Positions 46,223-54,013 of a stretch of DNA of 64,000 bases are shown piece by piece (positions within the stretch are counted from its first letter, which is position 1; each line of letters starts with the position of its first letter). The stretch lies in the NCBI GenBank assembly GCA_946534605.1, contig CAMNCU010000003.1, positions 954 to 64,953 on the forward strand, given 5' to 3'. The notes beneath the pieces are model-generated. The model did not search any database and was not told the DNA's origin. It was given only the letters and a program-made list of their open reading frames with translations. Both the position numbers and the translations under genes were made by a program. The DNA is from an uncultured Ruminococcus sp. Its GTDB lineage: Bacteria; Bacillota; Clostridia; Oscillospirales; Ruminococcaceae.

Positions 46223-48104
46223 AGATATACCGACAGACGGCGTGCGCGGAAAGTTCCGATTTCTCCAGCAGTGCCGGAACAGATGCCTGTTTCAGGAAAC
46301 AGTCTGCCGAGACGCGGACATATCTGCCCTTGAAGCCGTACTGTGCCAGCAGTGACCCGAATATCGTGGAAATGCCTCCGTAGCCGCTGCTTTCTTCAAA
46401 GAACATCACAACCCGGTAAGGCAGAGCCTGTTCGACAAGTTCTTCCACCACCGGGAAGATTCTGGTCAGCTTTAACAGGCTTGTCGGACAGCCGCTTTTT
46501 TCGCAGGTCTGATGTGCTTCCCAAAGTGCCTGATAAATTCTGCCGTAAGAAATCAGCAGCATGTCACTGCCGGGAGATTCCGTGAACGTGTATTCTGTAT
46601 TCAGATTTTCTTTCGGGAACGTCATCTCTTTGTCGTTGCCGCGCGGATAGCGGACAGCGGTCAGCCCGGTATCTTCCTGAATGGCGCGTCTCATGCACAG
46701 CCGCAGTTCTTCGTAACACGCCGGAGAATAAATGACTGCCCCCGGAATCGAAGTCAGCATGGGAACGTCAAAAGTTCCCTGATGGGTTTCGCCGTCTTCA
46801 CCGACAATTCCGGCGCGGTCAATTCCCAGTACCACATGAAGCTTCCCGATTGCGACATCATGCAGAAGCTGGTCGTACGCTCTCTGTAAAAACGTCGAAT
46901 ACACCGCGAATACCGGAATCATTCCGGCGGCGGCAAGCCCTGCCGAAAATGTGACAGCATGCTGTTCCGCAATGCCGACATCATAGAAGCGTTCCGGAAA
47001 TTTCTGCTGGAAATACTGTAAGCCCGTCCCGAACGTCATCGCCGCCGTAATCGCGCAGATTCTCTCATCCTGTCCGGCGAGTTCGGCGAGTTCCTTTCCG
47101 AAGATATCGGAATAACAGCCGTTTCCGGAAACTTCCGGATTTCCGGTCATGATATCGAATTTCGGAACGCCGTGGAACAGGCTCGGATTCTTTTCCGCCG
47201 GGAGATATCCCCTGCCCTTCACGGTCTTGACGTGAATAAACACGGGCGCATGATAGCGTTTCGCCGTCCGGAGAACTTCTTCAAGTTCCTGCATGTTATG
47301 CCCGTCAACGGGTCCCAGATACACAAAGCCGAACTGCTCGAACATCGTCGCCTGCTGGAACATAATGCGCTTGAAGCCGTCCTTCGTCTTTTTCAGGACG
47401 CGGACAGCGTGCGTTCCGACTCCGGGTGTGTTCAGCAGATTCTTTTCCAGCTGCTGTTTCCGGCGGACATAGCTTTCACTCTCCCGGATAGACCGCAGAT
47501 AGCCCGAGACTGCCCCGACATTTCCGGAAATGGACATATTATTGTCATTCAGGATGACAATCAGGTTTTTCATTTTCTTCTTGCCGCCGTTGTTCAGCCC
47601 CTCGAATGCCATGCCGCCCGTCAGTGCGCCGTCACCAATCACCGCAATCACATGATGCTGTAAATCGCCCTTCATGCGCATGGCTTCGGCAATGCCGCAG
47701 GCGACTGAAATCGAAGTGCTGCTGTGTCCGCTGATAAAAATATCATGTTCCGATTCATCCGGCTTCGGAAAGCCGGAAATCCCGTTTTCCTTCCGGATAG
47801 TCGAAAACCTGTCCGCCCGTCCGGTCAGAATCTTGTGCGTATAACACTGGTGTCCCACGTCCCAGATGATTTTATCTTTCGGCGACTCGAAAATCCGGTG
47901 CAGTGCCATGGTCAGTTCCACCGTTCCCAGATTCGAGGCAAGATGTCCGCCGTTGTGCGAGATGACGCGAATCATCAGCGAACGGATTTCCTTCGCCAGC
48001 TTCCGGCATTGATAAAAATTCAGTTTTTTTAAATCTTCCGGCAGATTCAGGTCTTTCAGCTGAATGTCCCGGTTTTCCTGATTTGCTGTATTTATAGAAT
48101 TCAT
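46200..48104 (-). CDS. dxs: 1-deoxy-D-xylulose-5-phosphate synthase
   Basis: 634 aa with the TPP motif GDGALTGGMAFEGLN and typical Dxs length and order. Confidence 0.92.
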   Translation of the reverse strand: MNSINTANQENRDIQLKDLNLPEDLKKLNFYQCRKLAKEIRSLMIRVISHNGGHLASNLGTVELTMALHRIFESPKDKIIWDVGHQCYTHKILTGRADRFSTIRKENGISGFPKPDESEHDIFISGHSSTSISVACGIAEAMRMKGDLQHHVIAVIGDGALTGGMAFEGLNNGGKKKMKNLIVILNDNNMSISGNVGAVSGYLRSIRESESYVRRKQQLEKNLLNTPGVGTHAVRVLKKTKDGFKRIMFQQATMFEQFGFVYLGPVDGHNMQELEEVLRTAKRYHAPVFIHVKTVKGRGYLPAEKNPSLFHGVPKFDIMTGNPEVSGNGCYSDIFGKELAELAGQDERICAITAAMTFGTGLQYFQQKFPERFYDVGIAEQHAVTFSAGLAAAGMIPVFAVYSTFLQRAYDQLLHDVAIGKLHVVLGIDRAGIVGEDGETHQGTFDVPMLTSIPGAVIYSPACYEELRLCMRRAIQEDTGLTAVRYPRGNDKEMTFPKENLNTEYTFTESPGSDMLLISYGRIYQALWEAHQTCEKSGCPTSLLKLTRIFPVVEELVEQALPYRVVMFFEESSGYGGISTIFGSLLAQYGFKGRYVRVSADCFLKQASVPALLEKSELSAHAVCRYIYAYGNKD

Positions 48105-48131
48105 AGGCTTATCACTACTTATTATCGTATT

Positions 48132-48563
48132 TCAGAGCGGCATTGCCGCACCGATAAGAATTCCCAATATTGCGCCGCAGACGACCTGCAAAGGCGTATG
48201 CCCCAGTAATTCTTTGAACTGTGTTTCCCTTGCTTCGCCGTCTTCGGAAAACAGCTTTTCCATAATTTCGTTCAGCTGACGGGCATGCTTTCCGGCTTCG
48301 AGCCGGACGTTGGCGGCATCATACATGATAATCGCCGAAACGACGAACATCACCGCGAACACTGCCGAATCCCATCCGGCTGACCTGCCTGTCGAAATCA
48401 GCGTCGCACAGACCATGGAAGAATGCGAACTCGGCATTCCCCCCGAACCGTAAAGCCGCTCCAGCTTGACAGATTTGTTCTGCACAAGGAATAAGATAAA
48501 CTTTATGACCTGTGCCGCACCCCATCCCAGAATGCCGGCACACAGTATCGGATTATATATCAT
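48132..48563 (-). CDS. Divergent PAP2 (DUF212/YuiD-like) membrane protein
   Basis: 143 aa with the GGMPSSHS motif and 3-4 TM segments. Confidence 0.65.
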   Translation of the reverse strand: MIYNPILCAGILGWGAAQVIKFILFLVQNKSVKLERLYGSGGMPSSHSSMVCATLISTGRSAGWDSAVFAVMFVVSAIIMYDAANVRLEAGKHARQLNEIMEKLFSEDGEARETQFKELLGHTPLQVVCGAILGILIGAAMPL

Positions 48564-48587
48564 GACTTCTCTCTTTTCTGTTGAGGA

Positions 48588-49505
48588 TTACTGTACCCGG
48601 ACAAGCAGGGTTTCTGTCAGGGCGTGAAGGAATTCACGGGTTTCGGATTCCGGAAAGCTGCTGAGTATGCCGTGCGCCCGTGCCGTCAGTTCCGCGGCGC
48701 GGATTTTCGCCTTTTCGATACCGAGCAGCGTCACAAAGGTCTGCTTGCCTTCTTCGGCATCGCTTCCGGCAGGTTTTCCGAGCTGTTCGGAAGTGCTTGT
48801 CACATCCAGAATATCATCAATCATCTGGAATGCCAGTCCCACAGCCAGACCGTAGCGTCCGGCGGCTTCGGCTTGTTTCGGCGTACCGCCGCCGCAGACA
48901 ATCCCCATCTGACAGGAAGCTTTCATGAGTGCGCCGGTCTTGCCCAGACACATGGCTTCCAGCTGTTCCGGGGTGACGGTCTCCGCAGTCTCGAACAGCA
49001 TGTCCAGCATCTGACCGCCCACCATGCCGGAAGTGCCTTCTTCCTGGGCGAGAATCTGAATCAGCTGTGTTTTCTGTTCCGGGGTGAGGGCTTTGTCCTC
49101 GGCAAGAATCTGGAACGGGGCGCAGATTAAGCCGATTCCGGCGAGAATCGCTGTCGCTTCGCCGAATGCCTTGTGACAGGACGGCTTTCCGCGCCGGAAA
49201 TCGTCGTTGTCCATTGCCGGAAGGTCATCGAAAATCAGGGAAGACGTATGTGTCATTTCCATTGCTGCCGCGGCAGCGGCTGCCTGTTCCGGAGAGCCGC
49301 CGCAGAGTTCGCAGAAGGCGTAAACCATAGCCGGACGAATCCGTTTTCCGCCGGCGGTCAGGGAGTGGCGCATGGCTTCAAACAGAGAAGCTGCCGGAAT
49401 CTGACGCTGTTCCGCCTGACGGGAAAGACTGTCCACGACTGCTGAAAGATGTTGTTCTGTCTGTGAAGCGTAAGTTTGCAGACGAAGTTTCTGGTTATCG
49501 TTCAT
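48588..49505 (-). CDS. ispA: Farnesyl/geranyl-diphosphate synthase portion with its own candidate start
   Basis: 305 aa from ATG 49505, preceded by AGAGAGGAA. Polyprenyl synthase motifs FDDLPAMDNDDFRRGKP and FQMIDDILD. Confidence 0.7.
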   Translation of the reverse strand: MNDNQKLRLQTYASQTEQHLSAVVDSLSRQAEQRQIPAASLFEAMRHSLTAGGKRIRPAMVYAFCELCGGSPEQAAAAAAAMEMTHTSSLIFDDLPAMDNDDFRRGKPSCHKAFGEATAILAGIGLICAPFQILAEDKALTPEQKTQLIQILAQEEGTSGMVGGQMLDMLFETAETVTPEQLEAMCLGKTGALMKASCQMGIVCGGGTPKQAEAAGRYGLAVGLAFQMIDDILDVTSTSEQLGKPAGSDAEEGKQTFVTLLGIEKAKIRAAELTARAHGILSSFPESETREFLHALTETLLVRVQ

Positions 49506-50420
49506 GATGATGTTCCTCTCTTTATCGCAAGCCCGGACGGTGAGACTGCCGTCGGGCAGAATGACTCTTAACATGCTGTCCGCCGGAATCTGACGGACAG
49601 AAACAACCGGTTCACCTGAAAGTGTCAGGATTTCCGGGGAATGATGACTTGTGGCGAGTTCCGCCGCCGCCGAGGGCGTGGAAGCCCGTAAATCCGCGGC
49701 TTTATCGGTCAGGGTGAAGTCTGTCTCGTGTCCGACGGCAGAAATCACAGGGGTCTGACACGCGCTGACCGCCCGGACAACGGCTTCGGCATTGAAGACG
49801 CGCAAATCTTCCGCAGAACCGCCGCCGCGTCCCAGAATCAGAACGTCAAACTGCTGTGAATCTGCCGTTTGCAGTGCCTGGCAGATTTCGGCTTCTGCGT
49901 GAATGCCCTGTACATGTACCGGAAAGACGACCGCTTCCGCCGCCGGAGAACGCCGTTTCAGGATATGCAGAATATCCTGTAGTGCCGCGCCCTGTGCCGA
50001 GGTAATCACGCCGATTTTCCGGGGATTCTCCGGAATTTTCTTTTTTCCGGATTCGGTCAGAATGCCTTCGCTGTGAAGTTTCTGTTCTTTCTGCTGAAAG
50101 CCGCGCTGTACGCTGCCGATACCCTGTAATAACATATCCGTCACCCGAAGCTGAAACGTTCCCGAAACCGGATAGAAATCCGCATTGGCGGCGGCAATCA
50201 CCTGCAAGCCGTTTTCCGGCTGAAAGCGCAGACGCTGTGCCAGATGTGCGAACATGACCGCCCGGACAGAACTCTCCTCATCGCGGAGAGAAAAAAACAG
50301 ATGTCCTTTTTCTTCCCGGTGCAGATTTGCGATTTCGCCTTCGGTCAGAAGCAGCTGTAATTTCCGGTTTTTCCGGATGAGCGTTTCTGCCTGCCGGTTG
50401 AGTTCAGTGATACTCAGCAT
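48588..50420 (-). CDS. xseA: Single open frame joining a shortened exodeoxyribonuclease VII large subunit (XseA) to farnesyl-diphosphate synthase (IspA)
   Basis: N-terminal ~305 aa carry an XseA OB fold plus catalytic core (LILGRGGGSAEDL, GHETDFTL, ASTPSAAAEL). After ...VRACDKERNII the frame continues with no stop into MNDNQKL... (IspA). Start MLSITELN at 50420 chosen by similarity to XseA N-termini. Confidence 0.6.
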   Translation of the reverse strand: MLSITELNRQAETLIRKNRKLQLLLTEGEIANLHREEKGHLFFSLRDEESSVRAVMFAHLAQRLRFQPENGLQVIAAANADFYPVSGTFQLRVTDMLLQGIGSVQRGFQQKEQKLHSEGILTESGKKKIPENPRKIGVITSAQGAALQDILHILKRRSPAAEAVVFPVHVQGIHAEAEICQALQTADSQQFDVLILGRGGGSAEDLRVFNAEAVVRAVSACQTPVISAVGHETDFTLTDKAADLRASTPSAAAELATSHHSPEILTLSGEPVVSVRQIPADSMLRVILPDGSLTVRACDKERNIIMNDNQKLRLQTYASQTEQHLSAVVDSLSRQAEQRQIPAASLFEAMRHSLTAGGKRIRPAMVYAFCELCGGSPEQAAAAAAAMEMTHTSSLIFDDLPAMDNDDFRRGKPSCHKAFGEATAILAGIGLICAPFQILAEDKALTPEQKTQLIQILAQEEGTSGMVGGQMLDMLFETAETVTPEQLEAMCLGKTGALMKASCQMGIVCGGGTPKQAEAAGRYGLAVGLAFQMIDDILDVTSTSEQLGKPAGSDAEEGKQTFVTLLGIEKAKIRAAELTARAHGILSSFPESETREFLHALTETLLVRVQ

Positions 50421-51339
50421 AGCGCAGAGCGGCATAAACCGCAGTTCCGGCGGCGTTATCGCGTGAAAATTCCGGTTCGGCAAAGGCGGTTTCTGCCGGA
50501 ACGGATTCTTTCAGGAAGCTTTGCAGATACTGATTCGACATCACGCCCCCGGCATAGAGTACTGGAATCCCGGAATGCTGTTCCAGGGCTTTTTCCGTCA
50601 TGGCGCGGAGAACTTCCCCGACTGCCGAAAGACAGAATTTCGCGACTTCCGGCTTTTCGTGCTTCTGCAGCATGTCTCTGCACTGGTTCTCCAGTCCCGA
50701 AAGACAGCAGTCAAGCCCTTTCATAACGGGCTTGTACCGGAACTGCTTCCGGCTTTGTGAAGCTGATTCTTCCAGAGCCGCGCCGCACGGGAACGGTAAG
50801 CCCATCATCAGCCCGACACGGTCAATCAGCTGACCGGCTTTCAGGTCGAGCGACGACGATACCGGCAGAATGTGCAGAAGTCCGGCTTCGTCCGGCTGAC
50901 ACAGAACACAGTCCGTCGTGCCGCCGCTGACGTGAAACGCCAGAAACTCACGGTTCAGCCAGTTCAGCTTTCCGGCGGAATACAACGCCGCCAGAATATG
51001 TCCGTTCTGATGGCTTGTCCCATAAACCGGAATCCCTAACGCTTGTCCCGTCATCTTCGCCGCGCCTTCTCCGCAGAGAAAACACGGCATGTATGACCCT
51101 TCTGTGTTCCGGGGTCTGACGGAAACGCCAATCGCCGAAAGTTCCGGAAGTGCCAGTTCTGCCAGTACTTCCGGAAGCTGTACCGTATGATGAAAGACCG
51201 CGTCACTCTGCCGGAGTCCCTTTTCTCCCGGCTTGACCGGAAGCAGTTTCTTCGCCTGTAATATCTTCCCCGTTCCGGTATCGTAAACCGCCGCCGAGGT
51301 CGTATAATTACTGGTATCCAGTCCGAGAAAGACGCTCAT
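50404..51339 (-). CDS. Kae1/TsaD-like (peptidase M22 / ASKHA fold) protein
   Basis: 311 aa with N-terminus VFLGLDTSNYTTSAAVYD and an actin-like ATPase pattern. This is not a canonical TsaD sequence, so the call is at family level only. Confidence 0.45.
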   Translation of the reverse strand: MSVFLGLDTSNYTTSAAVYDTGTGKILQAKKLLPVKPGEKGLRQSDAVFHHTVQLPEVLAELALPELSAIGVSVRPRNTEGSYMPCFLCGEGAAKMTGQALGIPVYGTSHQNGHILAALYSAGKLNWLNREFLAFHVSGGTTDCVLCQPDEAGLLHILPVSSSLDLKAGQLIDRVGLMMGLPFPCGAALEESASQSRKQFRYKPVMKGLDCCLSGLENQCRDMLQKHEKPEVAKFCLSAVGEVLRAMTEKALEQHSGIPVLYAGGVMSNQYLQSFLKESVPAETAFAEPEFSRDNAAGTAVYAALRYAEYH

Positions 51340-51740
51340 TCTGTTTTGTCCTCTGTGCGGATGTAGTTCCCCAGTACGCCGTTGATGAATGCGGTATCTT
51401 CCGGAGAAGCGTAGATTTCTGACAGGTGAACGGCTTCACTCACAGCGATACCGACAGGCTGTTCCGGGTACTGACGCAGTTCGTAAATTGCCATCCGGAG
51501 CAGAATCAGGTCAGTTCTGGCGATACGGTTCAGGGCGCGTTTCTTGCTGTAGGAAGCGATAATGCTGTCGAGTTCCTCTGTCTGTGCGAGAACACCGGTC
51601 ACCAGTGTGCGGCTCTTGTCAGTGAGTTTGATTTCGCCGATTTCTTCGGCAAGCTGAAAGAGCGTTTCCGGAGAATCGTCCCGGAACGACGCTTCAAACA
51701 GGATTAAAAATGCATTTTCTCTGTACTGGCTTGCTTTCAT
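51336..51740 (-). CDS. nusB: Transcription antitermination factor NusB
   Basis: 134 aa with a typical NusB helical sequence (RMAIYELRQ...PVGIAVSEAV). Confidence 0.85.
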   Translation of the reverse strand: MKASQYRENAFLILFEASFRDDSPETLFQLAEEIGEIKLTDKSRTLVTGVLAQTEELDSIIASYSKKRALNRIARTDLILLRMAIYELRQYPEQPVGIAVSEAVHLSEIYASPEDTAFINGVLGNYIRTEDKTE

Positions 51741-52045
51741 ACTTCTGTCTCCTGCATACCGCTGATTTCGACGTGTACGTGTACGGCGGTGACGCCGGTC
51801 ATGTCCTGAATGCTCTGCTTGACGGTCTTCTGCACGCGTGAGGCGACTGCCGCAGCGCGGCTTCCGGGCTTGACGAGAATCCGGACTTCGGCGGAAACTG
51901 CGCCGCCCAGATTCGTAATTTTCACAGGGGTTTCGGCTGAGGCAACGCCCGGCACGTCTGCGGCAGAAATTGCGGCAACCTGACGGAGTACATCATCGGA
52001 AATCCGGATAGTCCGTTCGGAACGGTTCACTTTGTCCATACTCAT
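51737..52045 (-). CDS. Asp23/Gls24-family (alkaline shock) protein
   Basis: 102 aa (RISDDVLRQVAAISAADVPGV...). Occupies the yqhY-like position upstream of nusB. Confidence 0.75.
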   Translation of the reverse strand: MSMDKVNRSERTIRISDDVLRQVAAISAADVPGVASAETPVKITNLGGAVSAEVRILVKPGSRAAAVASRVQKTVKQSIQDMTGVTAVHVHVEISGMQETEV

Positions 52046-52087
52046 GAAAAATACTTCCTTTCTTTGTTCAGGGTTCTGTTATCTTTT

Positions 52088-52116
52088 ATTTTAACACAAA
52101 ATCATAAGAATGTCAA
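52088..52116 (-). promoter_or_regulatory. Sigma-A-type promoter for the asp23-nusB... genes
   Basis: Minus strand: TTGACA (52116..52111), 17-nt spacer, TAAAAT (52093..52088). Confidence 0.55.
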
Positions 52117-52133
52117 TCCAAAAAACAGATTTT

Positions 52134-52679
52134 TTACTTGACTTCAAAAATCCTGATATTTTCGGCAGGAATACTGGTTTCTTCCAGAATGATTTCTTTC
52201 ATGACCGCCGCGCCGGAAGCGTCCAGCCCGTCGGTACGGACAACGACCTTCGCGCTCTGCCCGTCCAGATAGACGACGCAGTCAGAAAAGCCCTGCGATT
52301 TAATCAGCGATTCGATAGTGCCTTCTTTTTCGATAAGACTTGCGACTTCGGCAGCGTCGAGCGCGGCGGTCACGGCTTCGTCATCGGTGACATCGCCGCC
52401 GCCAATCATCGTCTGTAAGGTCTGGACGGCTTCGTCACGGCTGACCGTCTTTTCCAGTCTGGCTTTCGCGAAATAGTCGGCAGAAGGGTCAGGCTCTGCG
52501 CTGACGAATTCTGTATCTCCATAATGCGGCGTATCGTTTTCCAGCTCTGTGACGGGCGTGGAGACCGTCAGACCCGTGCGCGAGTAAGTATAGTTCACAT
52601 AGACTGCCGCCGCGAGCAGGACGGTCAGACAGCTGAGAATCAGCTGTTTCTTTCCGATAATCAGAGAAGGCTTCTGCAT
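52134..52679 (-). CDS. spoIIIAH: Stage III sporulation protein AH
   Basis: 181 aa with an N-terminal TM segment (LILSCLTVLLAAAVYVNY) and a YscJ/FliF-like C-terminal domain. Last gene of the spoIIIA set. Confidence 0.75.
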   Translation of the reverse strand: MQKPSLIIGKKQLILSCLTVLLAAAVYVNYTYSRTGLTVSTPVTELENDTPHYGDTEFVSAEPDPSADYFAKARLEKTVSRDEAVQTLQTMIGGGDVTDDEAVTAALDAAEVASLIEKEGTIESLIKSQGFSDCVVYLDGQSAKVVVRTDGLDASGAAVMKEIILEETSIPAENIRIFEVK

Positions 52680-52693
52680 GTGTTATCATCCTT

Positions 52694-53185
52694 TCAGGGT
52701 ATGTTGTCCAGTTTTGTGACATAAATCTGTGAGAGTTTCAGACCGCAGGCGACGGAGACTGTCTGGTAGACGATTTCCTGAACGGTCACCGCGCCGCCGC
52801 CCTCACAGGCGACGACGACACCCGTCACTGCCGGAAGCGATACCGATTCGACAAGGGCTTCCTTCTTCGTACCGCCGACGGTAACATAACGGTTCTGGGA
52901 ATCCTGTGCATAATGACAGGTCTCACTGCCGGAAAGCGTCACCAGAACTTCCGCTCTGCCGACACCGTCAATCTGACAGAGCATTGCTGAAAGTTCCTTC
53001 TGGAGTGCCGTCCGGTAGGCTTCCTGACTGGTGATTTCCGGAAGTTCTGCGGATTCCGGCGTTTCTTCCTGGCAGGACGACAGAACCGTGCAGAGAATCC
53101 CAATCAGCCCGATGAATACCAGAATATGCACCAGATATTCTTTTTTAAGGCTGGCTTTGTACCGATTCCAGAATTTCCGAAACAT
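52694..53185 (-). CDS. spoIIIAG: Stage III sporulation protein AG
   Basis: 163 aa with an N-terminal TM segment and the conserved C-terminus VTGVVVACEGGG...VSVACGLKLSQIYV. Confidence 0.8.
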   Translation of the reverse strand: MFRKFWNRYKASLKKEYLVHILVFIGLIGILCTVLSSCQEETPESAELPEITSQEAYRTALQKELSAMLCQIDGVGRAEVLVTLSGSETCHYAQDSQNRYVTVGGTKKEALVESVSLPAVTGVVVACEGGGAVTVQEIVYQTVSVACGLKLSQIYVTKLDNIP

Positions 53186-53600
53186 GAAGATTCACCCCCT
53201 CACCGAGCAGTTCCCGGAGCGTTCTGAGCGTCTGCTGAAAGTCGTCACAGGTCACACTGACATCACTAATAGATATGCAGTGATTCTCGTCAATATGCAG
53301 AGAAACGGAAATTTCGCTGCAGGAAATGCCCTTCTGCTCCAGAACGGAAGCAAGGGTCTGTTTTACGGTCTGTTCGGTGAGAGCGAGGGCGGTGCGGTCA
53401 GCCTGTGACTGCTGAACACTTCCCGGAATATCAGAGAATTCCGGACGGACAAACGCCGGAAGCAGGCTCACCAGAAACATCAGCGAAACCAGAAAGCGCA
53501 CCTGTTTCCGGAGTGCGTTTTCCGGACAGAGGAACAAGCAGACCGAGACGGCAATACTCAGCAGGCAGACGGTCAGCACGGAAGATTTCAGTGTTTCCAA
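53145..53600 (-). CDS. spoIIIAF: Stage III sporulation protein AF
   Basis: 151 aa from TTG 53600, 6 nt after AAAGGAG. Two N-terminal TM segments, as in SpoIIIAF. The track's ATG 53699 has no RBS and would translate a hairpin repeat. Confidence 0.65.
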   Translation of the reverse strand: METLKSSVLTVCLLSIAVSVCLFLCPENALRKQVRFLVSLMFLVSLLPAFVRPEFSDIPGSVQQSQADRTALALTEQTVKQTLASVLEQKGISCSEISVSLHIDENHCISISDVSVTCDDFQQTLRTLRELLGEGVNLHVSEILESVQSQP

Positions 53601-53628
53601 GTTTATCTCCTTTCTGGCTTGCACCTTT

Positions 53629-53751
53629 GTGAACAGATGAGAATCACCGTCAAGGGGCTGGCTTTTAAGCCCCTTGCGGTTATTCTTGTTCACACACATG
53701 TTTTACCGCAATATATTTCTATATATTATATAGCCACTTGCGGTAATTTTT
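53629..53751. repeat. Structured module A: long imperfect hairpin plus a second hairpin with an AT-palindrome loop and T-run
   Basis: Hairpin 53629..53693 (GTGAACA...TGTTCAC, with inner CAAGGGGCT / AGCCCCTTG). Hairpin TACCGCAA 53704..53711 / TTGCGGTA 53738..53745, whose loop contains CTATATATTATATAG, followed by ATTTTT. Confidence 0.6.
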
Positions 53752-53862
53752 GCGGCAATCCGGCGGCAGAGGGCGGCACGGCTGAACGCGCGTTCAAAAA
53801 TGAAAAATGTAAAGTCGACACGACAAAATCAGGGGGAAGATGCCCTTTTCTGGTTTTGCGTT

Positions 53863-53972
53863 TGTCAATGAACGAGCGGCAGGGTTACAGGGAACGGACT
53901 TTAAGTCCCCTGTTGCTCATTGACAGGGACAATATTTTTCTATATTATATAGGGTGATTTCCCTGTTTTTTT
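53863..53972. repeat. Structured module B (diverged copy of module A)
   Basis: Hairpin 53863..53925 (TGTCAATGA...TCATTGACA, inner ...GGACTTTAAGTCC...). Hairpin ACAGGGA 53923..53929 / TCCCTGT 53960..53966, whose loop contains CTATATTATATAG, followed by a T-run. Confidence 0.6.
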
Positions 53973-54013
53973 CCCTAGGCAGCAAAACAATACTAACTGA
54001 CCGGGAGAAAACT

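Noticed and set aside
48588-50483. Treating xseA as a plain pseudogene, or starting it at the track's ATG 50483.
   Set aside because: The frame is intact over 610 codons with catalytic-core motifs preserved, so decay is not demonstrated. The XseA-like N-terminus begins at MLSITELN (50420), and the upstream 21 codons overlap the preceding gene.
53601-53699. N-terminal extension of spoIIIAF to ATG 53699 (track ORF 53145..53699).
   Set aside because: That ATG has no Shine-Dalgarno sequence, and the extra 33 codons are the arm of hairpin module A. TTG 53600 has AAAGGAG at ideal spacing and gives an N-terminus that starts with the TM segment, as in known SpoIIIAF.
53619-53957. 112-aa plus-strand ORF spanning the spoIIIAE-AF spacer.
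   Set aside because: It has no RBS, and it is translated straight through both hairpin modules, so similar peptide bits simply mirror the DNA repeat. Its composition is not protein-like.
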